Shown piece after piece: positions 1 through 8,304 of a DNA stretch of 32,000 nt (position 1 is its first letter; every line of letters starts with the position of its first letter). The DNA lies in contig NZ_CP045650.1 in NCBI RefSeq assembly GCF_009557235.1, positions 930,001-962,000 of the forward strand, given 5' to 3'. Origin of the DNA: Acinetobacter wanghuae (lineage in GTDB: Bacteria > Pseudomonadota > Gammaproteobacteria > Pseudomonadales > Moraxellaceae). The notes under the pieces were generated by a model. It was not told the origin of the DNA and ran no database searches. It saw only the letters and a program-made list of their open reading frames with translations. A program made the position numbers and the translations under genes.

Positions 1-50
1 GTATTGGACGGTCGACGATATAATTTCGCTTTAAATTATAAATTCTAAGG

Positions 51-74
51 AAATAGGGCGAAAGCCCTATTTTT
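51..74 (+). terminator. Intrinsic terminator of an upstream gene that lies outside the window
   Basis: Perfect 9-bp stem aaatagggc / gccctattt around a GNRA-type loop gaaa, followed by a T-run. Confidence 0.6.
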
Positions 75-101
75 AAATCGCTACAGTTCCAAAGGTGAAG
101 T

Positions 102-1391
102 ATGAAAAGAAATCAGGGCTACGTCACTGATACCGTTTTTCCAGCATTCTTTTATAAGGAAATGCAACCTGAGTGGTTAAATACGATCACTCAGTTTTTA
201 GGATTTAAAGGTGTCGATTTTACCGCTCCTTTTTCTTATTTAGAGTTAGCTTGCGGAACGGGTATCAATTTAATTGTCGCGGCAATGAATCATCCACAAA
301 GTTACTTTGTAGGTGTAGATTTCAACTCGCAGCATATACGTGAGGCGCAAGCGTTCGCTGAGCAATTAGAGCTTAAAAACATAGCGTTTATTGAAGCGGA
401 TTTTCAAACCTTTTATGAGTGCAATCAAACTCAGTTTGATTTTATTACGGTGCATGGCGCGTATTCGTGGGTCGCACCAATACAACAACAAGAAATTTTA
501 GCCATAACGGCAAAATTCCTTAAATCACAGGGGATTTTTTATTTACATTATATGTGCTATCCAGGCTCGTTACATTTACAACCTGTACAAAAGTTATTTA
601 ACTTAATTGATCAGCACGTGCCCACAGCATCTACTGAAAGTATTCAACTTGGAAAAGCCTTATTTAACGATTTGCATGAACATGGTGCCTTTGTTGATCA
701 ACCACAAATGGAGGCATTGCTGAATACGTTGAACAATAGTTCTGACTATTTGACACATGAACTTCTCACCGATCACTGGCAACCTTTATATAGTGTCGAT
801 GTTCATCAACAGGCACATCAATTAAGTGGCTTAACCTATATTGGAAGTGCAGAGCCGACTGAAAATTTGGACAGCATTAGTATTCCAAATGCGCTGCAAC
901 CCATGGTGAGTAAAGTAAAAATACCTGAGCTAAAAGAATACTTAAAAGATCTGGCTCGAAATAGTAAACAACGCACCGACATTTACCAAAAACATCCGAT
1001 TCAACTTCAGCAAAATGAACATTTAGAAGTGCTGAAGCAAATGAAATTTGAATTAGTGCATTTAGGAGCAAACGCCAACGTTACAAAGTTCCAAACACCA
1101 ATTGGAGAGATGATTGCATCCGAAAAGTTGATCGAAAAAATGCTAACTGCCTTTGCCCATGAAAAACGGGGTTTTAACGACTTTATACAGTTAACAGAAT
1201 TTCAGCAGAATCCTATTTATTTAATTGAAACTTTATTCTTGCTGTTGAGTAATCAATATATTTATCCAGTGAAAAGTTCAGGAAATAAGAGAAATCAAAT
1301 TCATTCGGATCAATTTAATCAGTTTATGGAAGTAAAAAAAATTGCGTTAAGATTTAAAGAAAATTCACCCATTCCAATCTATGTCAGTTAA
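102..1391 (+). CDS. Class I SAM-dependent methyltransferase with a long C-terminal domain of uncertain function (about 250 aa)
   Basis: 429-aa ORF. ATG at 102 is preceded by aaggtg. Motif I is YLELACGTGINL, followed by VGVDFN and an acidic post-II region (IEADF). The C-terminal half has no catalytic motif I recognise and resembles the 'methyltransferase regulatory domain' architecture. Confidence 0.7.
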   Translation: MKRNQGYVTDTVFPAFFYKEMQPEWLNTITQFLGFKGVDFTAPFSYLELACGTGINLIVAAMNHPQSYFVGVDFNSQHIREAQAFAEQLELKNIAFIEADFQTFYECNQTQFDFITVHGAYSWVAPIQQQEILAITAKFLKSQGIFYLHYMCYPGSLHLQPVQKLFNLIDQHVPTASTESIQLGKALFNDLHEHGAFVDQPQMEALLNTLNNSSDYLTHELLTDHWQPLYSVDVHQQAHQLSGLTYIGSAEPTENLDSISIPNALQPMVSKVKIPELKEYLKDLARNSKQRTDIYQKHPIQLQQNEHLEVLKQMKFELVHLGANANVTKFQTPIGEMIASEKLIEKMLTAFAHEKRGFNDFIQLTEFQQNPIYLIETLFLLLSNQYIYPVKSSGNKRNQIHSDQFNQFMEVKKIALRFKENSPIPIYVS

Positions 1392-1874
1392 CAAAAAAGT
1401 TTCTATAGGAGTGATGCTCATCGTTTAAGCGTTTTAGAACTAAAATAAGTGGTTATGCAGATTGTAGTCAATTCACAGGAATAAATAGGCTTAAATGTAT
1501 ATGCTCAATTTATTCCTATAGAGCAATTCTAAGGGAGGAGAGGCTAGGTCAAAAAATATCTATAGCTGATGGATATATAGAAAGTGCATTTACTCATATA
1601 TATAGCTTTGATCGAGTAACCATGACAGGCATGAGATTAAAATAGGACAATAGCTTTGTAGTGGTTTGAGGCTAGACATAATGAGAGCCAGCAAAGTAGA
1701 AAAAAGCGCTGACATTTATAGGAAATATTGAGTTATTTTTGAAACTTTCATTTTTCTATCAAGATAAGATTGATAGACCATTTTTGGGTATACATGGCGT
1801 ATACAAAGAGCTAAAAATGATTTGGCGGGGAATTTTGAAATTTTATTTGTGACGGTTAGAACACAATCATTAAA

Positions 1875-2054
1875 AACACTCCGACGATGCCGCTGCAATG
1901 TCGTTACCCTGAACCCGATGAGTTCAAGGTGGACGCGACGCATACTTGCTGGGTTTCCTGCACGAAGGCAGGCATACACTCTAAATATACAGAACACATC
2001 CGGAGATATAAGTATCGGCAGGGATATAGACCCGCTGGCGAACACCTCAGAGAT
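1875..2054 (-). ncRNA. ssrS: 6S RNA
   Basis: The minus strand reads ...ccAUCUCUGAGGUGUUCGCCAGCGGGUC... at the 5' end and ...CACCUUGAACUCAUCGGGUUCAGGGUAACGACAUUGCAGCGGCAUCGUCGGAG at the 3' end. This closely parallels E. coli 6S RNA (AUUUCUCUGAGAUGUUCGCAAGCGGGCC ... CACCUUGAACCAAGGGUUCAAGGGUUACAGCCUGCGGCGGCAUCUCGGAG). It lies directly downstream of zapA, as in E. coli. Ends are approximate to about 5 nt. Confidence 0.9.
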
Positions 2055-2060
2055 GGCTTT

Positions 2061-2088
2061 AGTATAAACGATATTTGTGGTGTGGCAA
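2061..2088 (-). promoter_or_regulatory. Candidate sigma70 promoter for ssrS
   Basis: On the minus strand: TTGCCA (2088-2083), a 16-nt spacer, then TATACT (2066-2061). The predicted start near A2054 coincides with the 6S 5' end inferred from homology. Confidence 0.55.
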
Positions 2089-2154
2089 ATCTATGCTGTG
2101 CAAGAACTGTAAACTTCACACTTAATTGCGTGAATTTTCTGCAAACTTTTGTGT

Positions 2155-2442
2155 TTATTCAGAAAACGCTTCCACTTCTTCCATAATGGTTGCCAATAAA
2201 CGTTCACAGTGCGCATATTGCTGTAACGATTTGTTCATGGTAAGTACTTCTTGCATTAACTCAAGTGCCACCATAATCACCAATTTACTCGGTTCCATAC
2301 GCGGTGCTTTACGACGAAATTCATCGTATTTATCATTGAGTAATTGAGCTGCACGTTCCAAATCATCTTTTTGATCGGGTGTCGATGCCAAACGGAAGCT
2401 ATGACCTAATACTCTTAAGTCTAATGCGATTTGTTCACTCAT
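2155..2442 (-). CDS. zapA: Cell division protein ZapA
   Basis: 95 aa. The N-terminus LRVLGHSFRLASTPDQKDDLERAAQLLNDK parallels E. coli ZapA [30 protein letters not shown]. The position next to ssrS and opposite ygfB-pepP is conserved. Confidence 0.9.
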   Translation of the reverse strand: MSEQIALDLRVLGHSFRLASTPDQKDDLERAAQLLNDKYDEFRRKAPRMEPSKLVIMVALELMQEVLTMNKSLQQYAHCERLLATIMEEVEAFSE

Positions 2443-2996
2443 GATGACGCTTCCTCAGTCGCTTCCGTGGGGTGAGCCAATTGTTGAATTTCCTGTGCAT
2501 GCTGATCTTGAGCTGTACCCAAAATGGCTAAACGCTGAATAATCGCTTCAACTTTCGCTTTGGCATGTTCATTTTTTTGCGTCAGACGTTCAGATTCTTG
2601 ATTTAAACGCTGAATTTCTTGTTTGGCTTGTTGTTGTTCGTTCAGTAATTTTTCTTTCAGTACGCGTAATTCATTACGTTCCGCTAAAATTTCTTGGAAA
2701 CGATTTTTTAAATCGGTACAGCTTTTTTCAAGACGACTATAACGATCTGCAAGCGCCGTTGCATCTTGATTTAACTGTTGAAATTGAGAACGTGATTCCG
2801 TGAGTTGCTCAGTTAAAACATCATAGTCTTGTTGTTTTTGCGTGATTATGCTGTTCTTTTCAGCAAGTTGAGCTTCATGTTTTTCTGCAGATGAATCTCG
2901 TTGTTCACGTAAATCTGAGTTTTCACTTTCAAATTGTGCAAGTCGCGTTTTCAAAACGCCAATATGCACGTGTAGGCGCTGTAATTCTTCTAACAT
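2439..2996 (-). CDS. ZapB-like / TIGR02449-like coiled-coil protein (185 aa), translationally coupled to zapA
   Basis: I place the start at the internal ATG at 2996. The 274-aa ORF in the track would run through the ygfB start and has a non-coiled, Cys/Ser-rich N-terminal extension. The protein is heptad-rich in Q/E/L/K throughout. Its C-terminus KNEHAKAKVEAIIQRLAIL resembles the conserved end of ZapB/TIGR02449 proteins. Its stop codon overlaps the zapA start in the motif ATGA (2439-2442). Confidence 0.65.
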   Translation of the reverse strand: MLEELQRLHVHIGVLKTRLAQFESENSDLREQRDSSAEKHEAQLAEKNSIITQKQQDYDVLTEQLTESRSQFQQLNQDATALADRYSRLEKSCTDLKNRFQEILAERNELRVLKEKLLNEQQQAKQEIQRLNQESERLTQKNEHAKAKVEAIIQRLAILGTAQDQHAQEIQQLAHPTEATEEASS

Positions 2997-3060
2997 ATCG
3001 AGGTCGCACAGTAGGGCAAACAAAGGTAATATATAAGCAGTATAGAGATTGGATAAACGA

Positions 3061-3693
3061 ATGCAAGACGATATTTCAGGTTGGTCAGAATGGTACCGCA
3101 ATTTTTCTTCAATTGAAGAAATTTCTAGCCCAAGCGAGCTACATGGTTTGCTCACGGGTATTGTGTGTATTACCCAAGCACCCACCCGTGAAGAGTGGCA
3201 ACAAATTCTTGAAACCTTAGAAGTGCCAGAATTAGAGCCAGAAGCTTTAGAACTTTTAACCACTGAAGCAGAAGATGTCTTTAATGCATTGTCTGAAGAT
3301 GAACTCGATTATTTACCGCTACTTCCAGATGATGAACATGTCTTGGCAGATCGTGTTCAAGCTTTAGCAGACTGGTGTGCAGGTGTTGTACTCGGTTTTG
3401 GTTTGGCAACAGGCAATATTCGCCAAGATGAGCGTGAATGGATTGAACATTTACAAGACGTTGCTGCGGTTGAATTTGATGAATCAGATGATGACGATGA
3501 AGGCGAAGAAAGCTATCAAGAGTTGTATGAGTTTGTTCGTTTAATTCCGGTCAGCTTGTCAGTGGGTCGTAAAAAAGTAAGTGTTGAAGATACGCCATTA
3601 TTAAAACGCTTTATCAAAACGGTTAAAGCACAAACGACAGCGACTGATGCACAAAGCGTTGTGGAAATGTTTACCCCGAATCGTCCAAGCTAA
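3061..3693 (+). CDS. ygfB: YgfB / UPF0149 family protein
   Basis: PSELHGLLTGIVC and RVQALADWCAGVVLGFGL match E. coli YgfB (PAEMHGLISGMICG, RADALAGWVNHFLLGLGV), and the acidic DESDDDDEGEE stretch is also present. I prefer the ATG at 3061 to the TTG at 3049 used by the ORF track. Confidence 0.85.
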   Translation: MQDDISGWSEWYRNFSSIEEISSPSELHGLLTGIVCITQAPTREEWQQILETLEVPELEPEALELLTTEAEDVFNALSEDELDYLPLLPDDEHVLADRVQALADWCAGVVLGFGLATGNIRQDEREWIEHLQDVAAVEFDESDDDDEGEESYQELYEFVRLIPVSLSVGRKKVSVEDTPLLKRFIKTVKAQTTATDAQSVVEMFTPNRPS

Positions 3694-3696
3694 ACC

Positions 3697-3764
3697 TTTC
3701 ATTTTTCATATTGAAAAATGAAATTGACCCAAGATTGACTCTTTCTCCTGCTTCAATCTTGGGT
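3697..3764 (+). other. Two adjacent stem-loops in the ygfB-pepP intergenic region
   Basis: Hairpin 1 (3697-3723) has the 12-bp, almost all-A/T stem tttcatttttca / tgaaaaatgaaa with a 3-nt loop. Hairpin 2 (3727-3764) has the 12-bp stem acccaagattga / tcaatcttgggt and a 14-nt loop, ctctttctcctgct, that contains a CUCCU anti-SD-like sequence. Confidence 0.5.
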
Positions 3765-3822
3765 TGAAACTGCACATCTATTTGATACGTTATATCTATT
3801 ATTTGATAAGAAGTCATACGGC

Positions 3823-5148
3823 ATGAAAAAACTAACACAGGCTGATTTTGAAGAACGTCGCGCAATTCTTGCCGGTGAAATGGGATTAAACAGTATTGCT
3901 GTGATTGCGACCAGTCCAGTGGCAATGCGCAACCGCGATGCAGACTATAAATATCGCGCAGACAGTAGTTTCTTTTATTTAACAGGTTTTGCCGAGCCTG
4001 AAGCAGTTGCGGTCATTGAAACATTTGCCACACGTGAAGAAGGCTATAGTTTCAGTTTATTCTGCCGTGAACGTGATCGTGATATGGAAATTTGGAATGG
4101 TTATCGTGCGGGGATTGATGGCGCGATTGAAGACTTCGATGCAGATGAAGCTTATGCCATTGATTTATTAGACGAAGAAATTCTGCCGAAATTACAAAAT
4201 AAAGAAAAACTCTTTTACCGAATTGGGCATGATGCCGCTTTTGATGCACGTGTCGCAACATGGATTAAAGAAGCCAATGGTGAAACCCGTCGTGGTACTT
4301 CAGCACCAGCGCAATTAATTCAGCTGGATCGTATTATTGATGAAATGCGTCTCATCAAAACCCCTGAAGAGTTGGAATTGATGCAAATCGCATCCGATAT
4401 TTCTGCTGAAGCCCATACCAAAGCTATGCAAAGCGTCAAACCTGACATGATGGAATACGCGTTAGAAGCAGAGCTGAATTATATCTTTGGTAAAAATGGC
4501 TGTGTGCCTTCATATAACAGCATTGTGGGTGGCGGTGAAAATGGCTGTATTTTGCATTATGTGGAAAATGATAAACTACTGAAAGATGGTGATTTGGTGC
4601 TGATTGATGCAGCGTGTGAATATCAATTCTATGCTTCAGATATCACCCGTACTTTTCCTGTGAATGGTAAATTCAGTCCTGAGCAAAAAGCGCTCTATAA
4701 TGTGGTACTCGATGCACAAATCGCTGCCATTGATGCAGTACGTATCGGCAACTCATATAAAGAGCCACACAATGTCGCAGTGCGTATTTTGGTGCAAGGT
4801 TTACTTGATCTTGGCATTATGCAAGGTGATCTAGATGAAATTATTACATCAGAGCGTTTCCGTCAGTTCTATATGCACGGTACAGGGCATTGGCTCGGGA
4901 TGGATGTACATGATGTCGGAAGCTATAAAGTCGATGGTGAATGGCGTCCATATGAAGAAGGTATGGTGGTGACGGTTGAGCCGGGTCTTTATATTGCGCC
5001 TGATGATGAAACCGTTGATGCGAAATGGCGCGGCATCGGTATTCGTATCGAAGATGATGTGGTTGCGACCAAAAAAGGACCCTTGGTGCTGACCAAAAAT
5101 GTGGTTAAAACGGTCGAAGATATTGAAGCATTAATGGCGAATTCCTGA
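3823..5148 (+). CDS. pepP: Xaa-Pro aminopeptidase (aminopeptidase P)
   Basis: 441 aa. M24B metal-ligand motifs are present: LIDAACEYQFYASDITRT, HGTGHWLGMDVHD, VTVEPGLY and IRIEDD. The ygfB-pepP-ubiH neighbourhood is conserved. Confidence 0.93.
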   Translation: MKKLTQADFEERRAILAGEMGLNSIAVIATSPVAMRNRDADYKYRADSSFFYLTGFAEPEAVAVIETFATREEGYSFSLFCRERDRDMEIWNGYRAGIDGAIEDFDADEAYAIDLLDEEILPKLQNKEKLFYRIGHDAAFDARVATWIKEANGETRRGTSAPAQLIQLDRIIDEMRLIKTPEELELMQIASDISAEAHTKAMQSVKPDMMEYALEAELNYIFGKNGCVPSYNSIVGGGENGCILHYVENDKLLKDGDLVLIDAACEYQFYASDITRTFPVNGKFSPEQKALYNVVLDAQIAAIDAVRIGNSYKEPHNVAVRILVQGLLDLGIMQGDLDEIITSERFRQFYMHGTGHWLGMDVHDVGSYKVDGEWRPYEEGMVVTVEPGLYIAPDDETVDAKWRGIGIRIEDDVVATKKGPLVLTKNVVKTVEDIEALMANS

Positions 5149-5164
5149 TTTTTTGCTTGTGAAT

Positions 5165-5188
5165 AAAGCCGATCAATTGATCGGCTTT
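5165..5188 (+). terminator. Stem-loop terminator after pepP
   Basis: 24-nt perfect palindrome aaagccgatcaattgatcggcttt, followed by a T-rich sequence. Confidence 0.6.
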
Positions 5189-5332
5189 ATTATATTCAGC
5201 GTTAAATTGAGATCTATTTCACATAAGTTTTATTTATTTTTTTAAGCGAGTGGCTTATTACAATTTCTAAAGTACATCTACGTGTCAAATGTCATATCAT
5301 GGCAGGCTAAATCTCTGCTTTAAATATTTTGT

Positions 5333-6292
5333 ATGATGTTGAACCTTCCTCCACCACATGTAGATTTTCAAAATTTTGAAGTTGCAGCTAAGCAAGTGCT
5401 GCAATATTTACATGAACATCTCAGCTTTGGGCTATGGATGATTACCCGTGTCGAAGGGGATGATTGGATTGTTTTACAGACACAAAATGATAAATATGAT
5501 ATTCAAGGCGGGGACGTTTTTCGTTGGGCAGATTCATTTTGTTATCAGATGGTGCAAGGTAAAACACCTAAAATTGCACCTGCTGCGCATGATATTCTCT
5601 TGTATGCATCAGCACCAATTAACCAAAATTTATTGATCAAATCCTATATTGGTCAGGCACTGTTGAATGAAGACGGTTCCGTGTTTGGTACCATGTGTGC
5701 CATTGATACCGAAGAGCAATCAGAAGATATTGTAAAACATGCCCCTTTGATTGAATTGCTCGGTCATCTATTAAGCACCATTTTGCAAAGTGAATTGCGC
5801 GGTAATCAGGAGCGCCGCTTAAAGGAGCGCTTCGAGGTGGAAGCCTTAACGGATGGATTAACAGGTTTGTTTAATCGTCGCGCTTGGGATCGTTTATTAA
5901 GTGCAGAGGAAGGTCGCTGTCAACGCTATGGACTTCCTGCGACTATTTTTAGTATCGATTTAAATAATTTAAAAACAATAAATGATGCGTTTGGGCATGA
6001 TCGTGGCGATGCACTCATTCAAAAAACCGCAAAATTGTTAATTGAAACGACCCGAACGAATGACGTGGTATCACGTTTAGGGGGTGATGAGTTCGCGATT
6101 TTATGCCCTGAAATGTCATTAGCAGATGCACATATTTTATATGAACGTTTGATGAATGTTTTTAATGACGCGGCTATTCAGGCTGCCTTCGGTTTTTCAA
6201 CGCGACATTTAAACCGAGATTTACAACACACCTTAATTCAAGCAGATCAGCAGATGTATGCCCATAAGCGCAGCATGAAACAATCATTCTAG
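5333..6292 (+). CDS. Diguanylate cyclase with an N-terminal GAF-like sensor and a C-terminal GGDEF domain
   Basis: 319 aa. The C-terminal half carries DGLTGLFNRRAW, an RxxD-type stretch, FGHDRGDALI and the active-site RLGGDEFAIL. The N-terminal ~160 aa (FGTMCAID) looks GAF-like. Confidence 0.85.
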   Translation: MMLNLPPPHVDFQNFEVAAKQVLQYLHEHLSFGLWMITRVEGDDWIVLQTQNDKYDIQGGDVFRWADSFCYQMVQGKTPKIAPAAHDILLYASAPINQNLLIKSYIGQALLNEDGSVFGTMCAIDTEEQSEDIVKHAPLIELLGHLLSTILQSELRGNQERRLKERFEVEALTDGLTGLFNRRAWDRLLSAEEGRCQRYGLPATIFSIDLNNLKTINDAFGHDRGDALIQKTAKLLIETTRTNDVVSRLGGDEFAILCPEMSLADAHILYERLMNVFNDAAIQAAFGFSTRHLNRDLQHTLIQADQQMYAHKRSMKQSF

Positions 6293-6316
6293 CGCGATCA
6301 TTTGAATGAAATGTAT

Positions 6317-6349
6317 AAAAAGCTGGGCACATGCTCGGCTTTTTATTTT
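6317..6349 (+). terminator. Intrinsic terminator after the GGDEF gene
   Basis: The stem aaaaagctgggc / gctcggcttttt includes G-U pairs, has the 4-nt loop acat, and is followed by tttttattt. Confidence 0.6.
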
Positions 6350-6609
6350 ATGCATCAGGCTTTTGAGTATACATATAAAAATCTAGCTATTTGCCGAGTT
6401 GTCAGTCTTGCTATTTAATTTACGTTTATCGTGAATAATTTAAAGAAAAACAACCCAACTCAAAATGCTGAATGAACTTTCTACATCAAAGCAACACAAT
6501 CATGCATCAGGTAGCATCTCAGCAACATACTTCAAGCGCTCAGATTTGCATACTTATGAAGTAAAACACGTACTTTTAAAAATGATCAAAACAAATAAAG
6601 GAGAACGCG

Positions 6610-6846
6610 ATGAGATTTGGAACAATTGATTGGATTGCCTATGTATTGGCCATTATTGGTGGTCTAAACTGGGGCCTTGTAGGTGCATTCAACTTTGATT
6701 TGGTGGCTGCCATTTTCGGTGAGATGAGCACGTTGTCACGCATTGTTTATGTATTGGTCGGTTTATCTGCGATTTACCTGATTTATACGGGCACCAAGCT
6801 GGGTAAGACGGTACATCACGATCATCCTACAACAGGTATACGTTAA
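6610..6846 (+). CDS. DUF378 family small membrane protein
   Basis: 78 aa. There is a strong RBS, aaaggaga, 5 nt upstream. Two predicted TM helices carry the DUF378 signature IGGLNWGLVGAFNFDLV. Confidence 0.8.
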   Translation: MRFGTIDWIAYVLAIIGGLNWGLVGAFNFDLVAAIFGEMSTLSRIVYVLVGLSAIYLIYTGTKLGKTVHHDHPTTGIR

Positions 6847-6870
6847 TCACTTGGCTTAAGTGAAATATTT

Positions 6871-6898
6871 AAAAACGGAGCTAAGGCTCCGTTTTTTA
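6871..6898 (+). terminator. Intrinsic terminator after the DUF378 gene
   Basis: The stem aacggagc / gctccgtt has the loop taag, is flanked by an A-run upstream and is followed by tttttt. Confidence 0.8.
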
Positions 6899-7095
6899 TT
6901 GTGCACGGCTAGACCGAACAATCATTTTCACTCACAAAAATCGTATATTTATCGTTAAAATGTCCCTGAGTTTGTCGATCTAGAGGCGTGTATGCGCTAT
7001 TTCATTATAAAAATAAAATACTTTAAGGTAAGATAAAATCCATCATGATTTAGATGTATCTAGCCTTTAGATACCAACCAAACAAGGATCACAGC

Positions 7096-8304
7096 ATGCA
7101 ACAAGAAGTCATCATTGTCGGTGGTGGGATGGTGGGTTTGAGCCTCGCACTGATGTTGGCGAAAACCAAGATTGAAGTCAAACTTTTAGAAGCAATCAAA
7201 TATCCAAATTATGATGATGAAAATCTTGCAACCTATCACTCCAGTTTTGACGCTCGTAATAGTGCCTTATCGCGCCGTAGTGTACAGATTTATCAAGAGC
7301 TGGGGCTTTGGGCATTATTACAAGAACATGCAACACCCATTTTAGAAGTGAATATTACTGAACAAGGCAGCTTTGGTAAGGCGCGACTCAAAGCTGAACA
7401 AGAAAAAGTCGAAAGCTTTGGACAAGTAATTGAAAATGCATGGCTAGGTCGTGTTTTACTCACACAAGTTCAAAAAGAGCCACTGATTGAACTCATCGAT
7501 GGCGTACAAGTGACCTCACTCACTCAAGATGCTGACTTTGCCTATATTGAAGCGAAACGTGGGGAGTACACCCATAAACTTCAATCTAAATTGGTGATTG
7601 CTGCAGATGGGCGTGATTCATTCTGCCGTAAAGCATTGGGGATTGGCGCATCTGAACATGATTATGACCAAGTTGCGATTGTCACTACGGTACAAACCTC
7701 TAAACCTCATCATCATGTCGGCTTTGAGCGTTTTAGTCATTTAGGTCCTTTAGCTTTATTGCCGTTGCCGGGTGAATATCATCGTTCTGTGGTGTGGCCC
7801 GTGAAAAAAGGTACGGAAGATGAATGGCTCGGTGAACATAACGATCAGCATTTCTTAGATGCATTACAAGAAACTTATGGGGATCGTGCGGGTAAATTCC
7901 AAAAAACAGGGCGTCGTTTTAGTTTCCCATTGTCACAAGTGCTAGCAGAAAAACAAGCGGTGGGACGTGTGGTGCTGATGGGGAATGCCGCGCATACGAT
8001 TCATCCTGTCGCAGGGCAAGGTTTTAATCTGTGTATGCGTGATGCCTATGTGTTGGTGCGTTATTTAAAAGAGCAACAAGCACAAGCTGCTGATTTAGGC
8101 GATGCTTCGATGCTACAAGACTATGAAAAAGCACGCCTGAAAGATCAGCAACGTGTCATTAAATTCTGTGATTCAGTGGTCCGTGGCTTTAGTAATCAAA
8201 ATCCAATTCTAAAATTAGCCCGTAATACGGGATTAATGTGTTTTGAGAATATTCCCGGTATTAAGCCACTCGTCGCCAACTATGCCATGGGGTTGAAGTC
8301 ATGA
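7096..8304 (+). CDS. ubiH: FAD-dependent ubiquinone biosynthesis hydroxylase (2-octaprenyl-6-methoxyphenol hydroxylase type)
   Basis: I prefer the ATG at 7096 with aaggat 7 nt upstream. The N-terminus then begins at the Rossmann motif VIIVGGGMVGLSLA. The motifs ADGRDSF and GNAAHTIHPVAGQGFNL are present. The gene follows pepP, as in other gammaproteobacteria. Confidence 0.85.
   Translation: MQQEVIIVGGGMVGLSLALMLAKTKIEVKLLEAIKYPNYDDENLATYHSSFDARNSALSRRSVQIYQELGLWALLQEHATPILEVNITEQGSFGKARLKAEQEKVESFGQVIENAWLGRVLLTQVQKEPLIELIDGVQVTSLTQDADFAYIEAKRGEYTHKLQSKLVIAADGRDSFCRKALGIGASEHDYDQVAIVTTVQTSKPHHHVGFERFSHLGPLALLPLPGEYHRSVVWPVKKGTEDEWLGEHNDQHFLDALQETYGDRAGKFQKTGRRFSFPLSQVLAEKQAVGRVVLMGNAAHTIHPVAGQGFNLCMRDAYVLVRYLKEQQAQAADLGDASMLQDYEKARLKDQQRVIKFCDSVVRGFSNQNPILKLARNTGLMCFENIPGIKPLVANYAMGLKS

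Noticed and set aside
1531-1543. A very strong Shine-Dalgarno-like sequence, aagggaggagagg.
   Set aside because: There is no ATG, GTG or TTG within a workable distance downstream, and the nearest ORF (ATG GAT ATA TAG) is 3 codons long. I kept it only as a detail in the finding on the gene-less region.
1716-2186. Four ORFs of 71-109 aa in the track (1716-2045 minus, 1822-2067 plus, 1887-2186 plus, 1904-2119 minus).
   Set aside because: All of them overlap the 6S RNA gene or its promoter. Their sequences are Cys/Arg-rich, they have no RBS, and they overlap each other in several frames. They are artefacts of a structured RNA gene.
2997-3263. N-terminal 89-aa extension of the coiled-coil ORF (the track gives 2439-3263).
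   Set aside because: The extension overlaps the divergent ygfB coding region and is not coiled-coil (Ser/Cys-rich). The conserved heptad-repeat region begins at the internal ATG at 2996.
6350-6609. A long non-coding region upstream of the DUF378 gene, considered as a possible riboswitch or as CA-rich Hfq/Crc target motifs.
   Set aside because: I could not find a stable conserved-looking fold or an exact AAnAAnAA motif. The transcription start is unknown, so the leader length is speculative.
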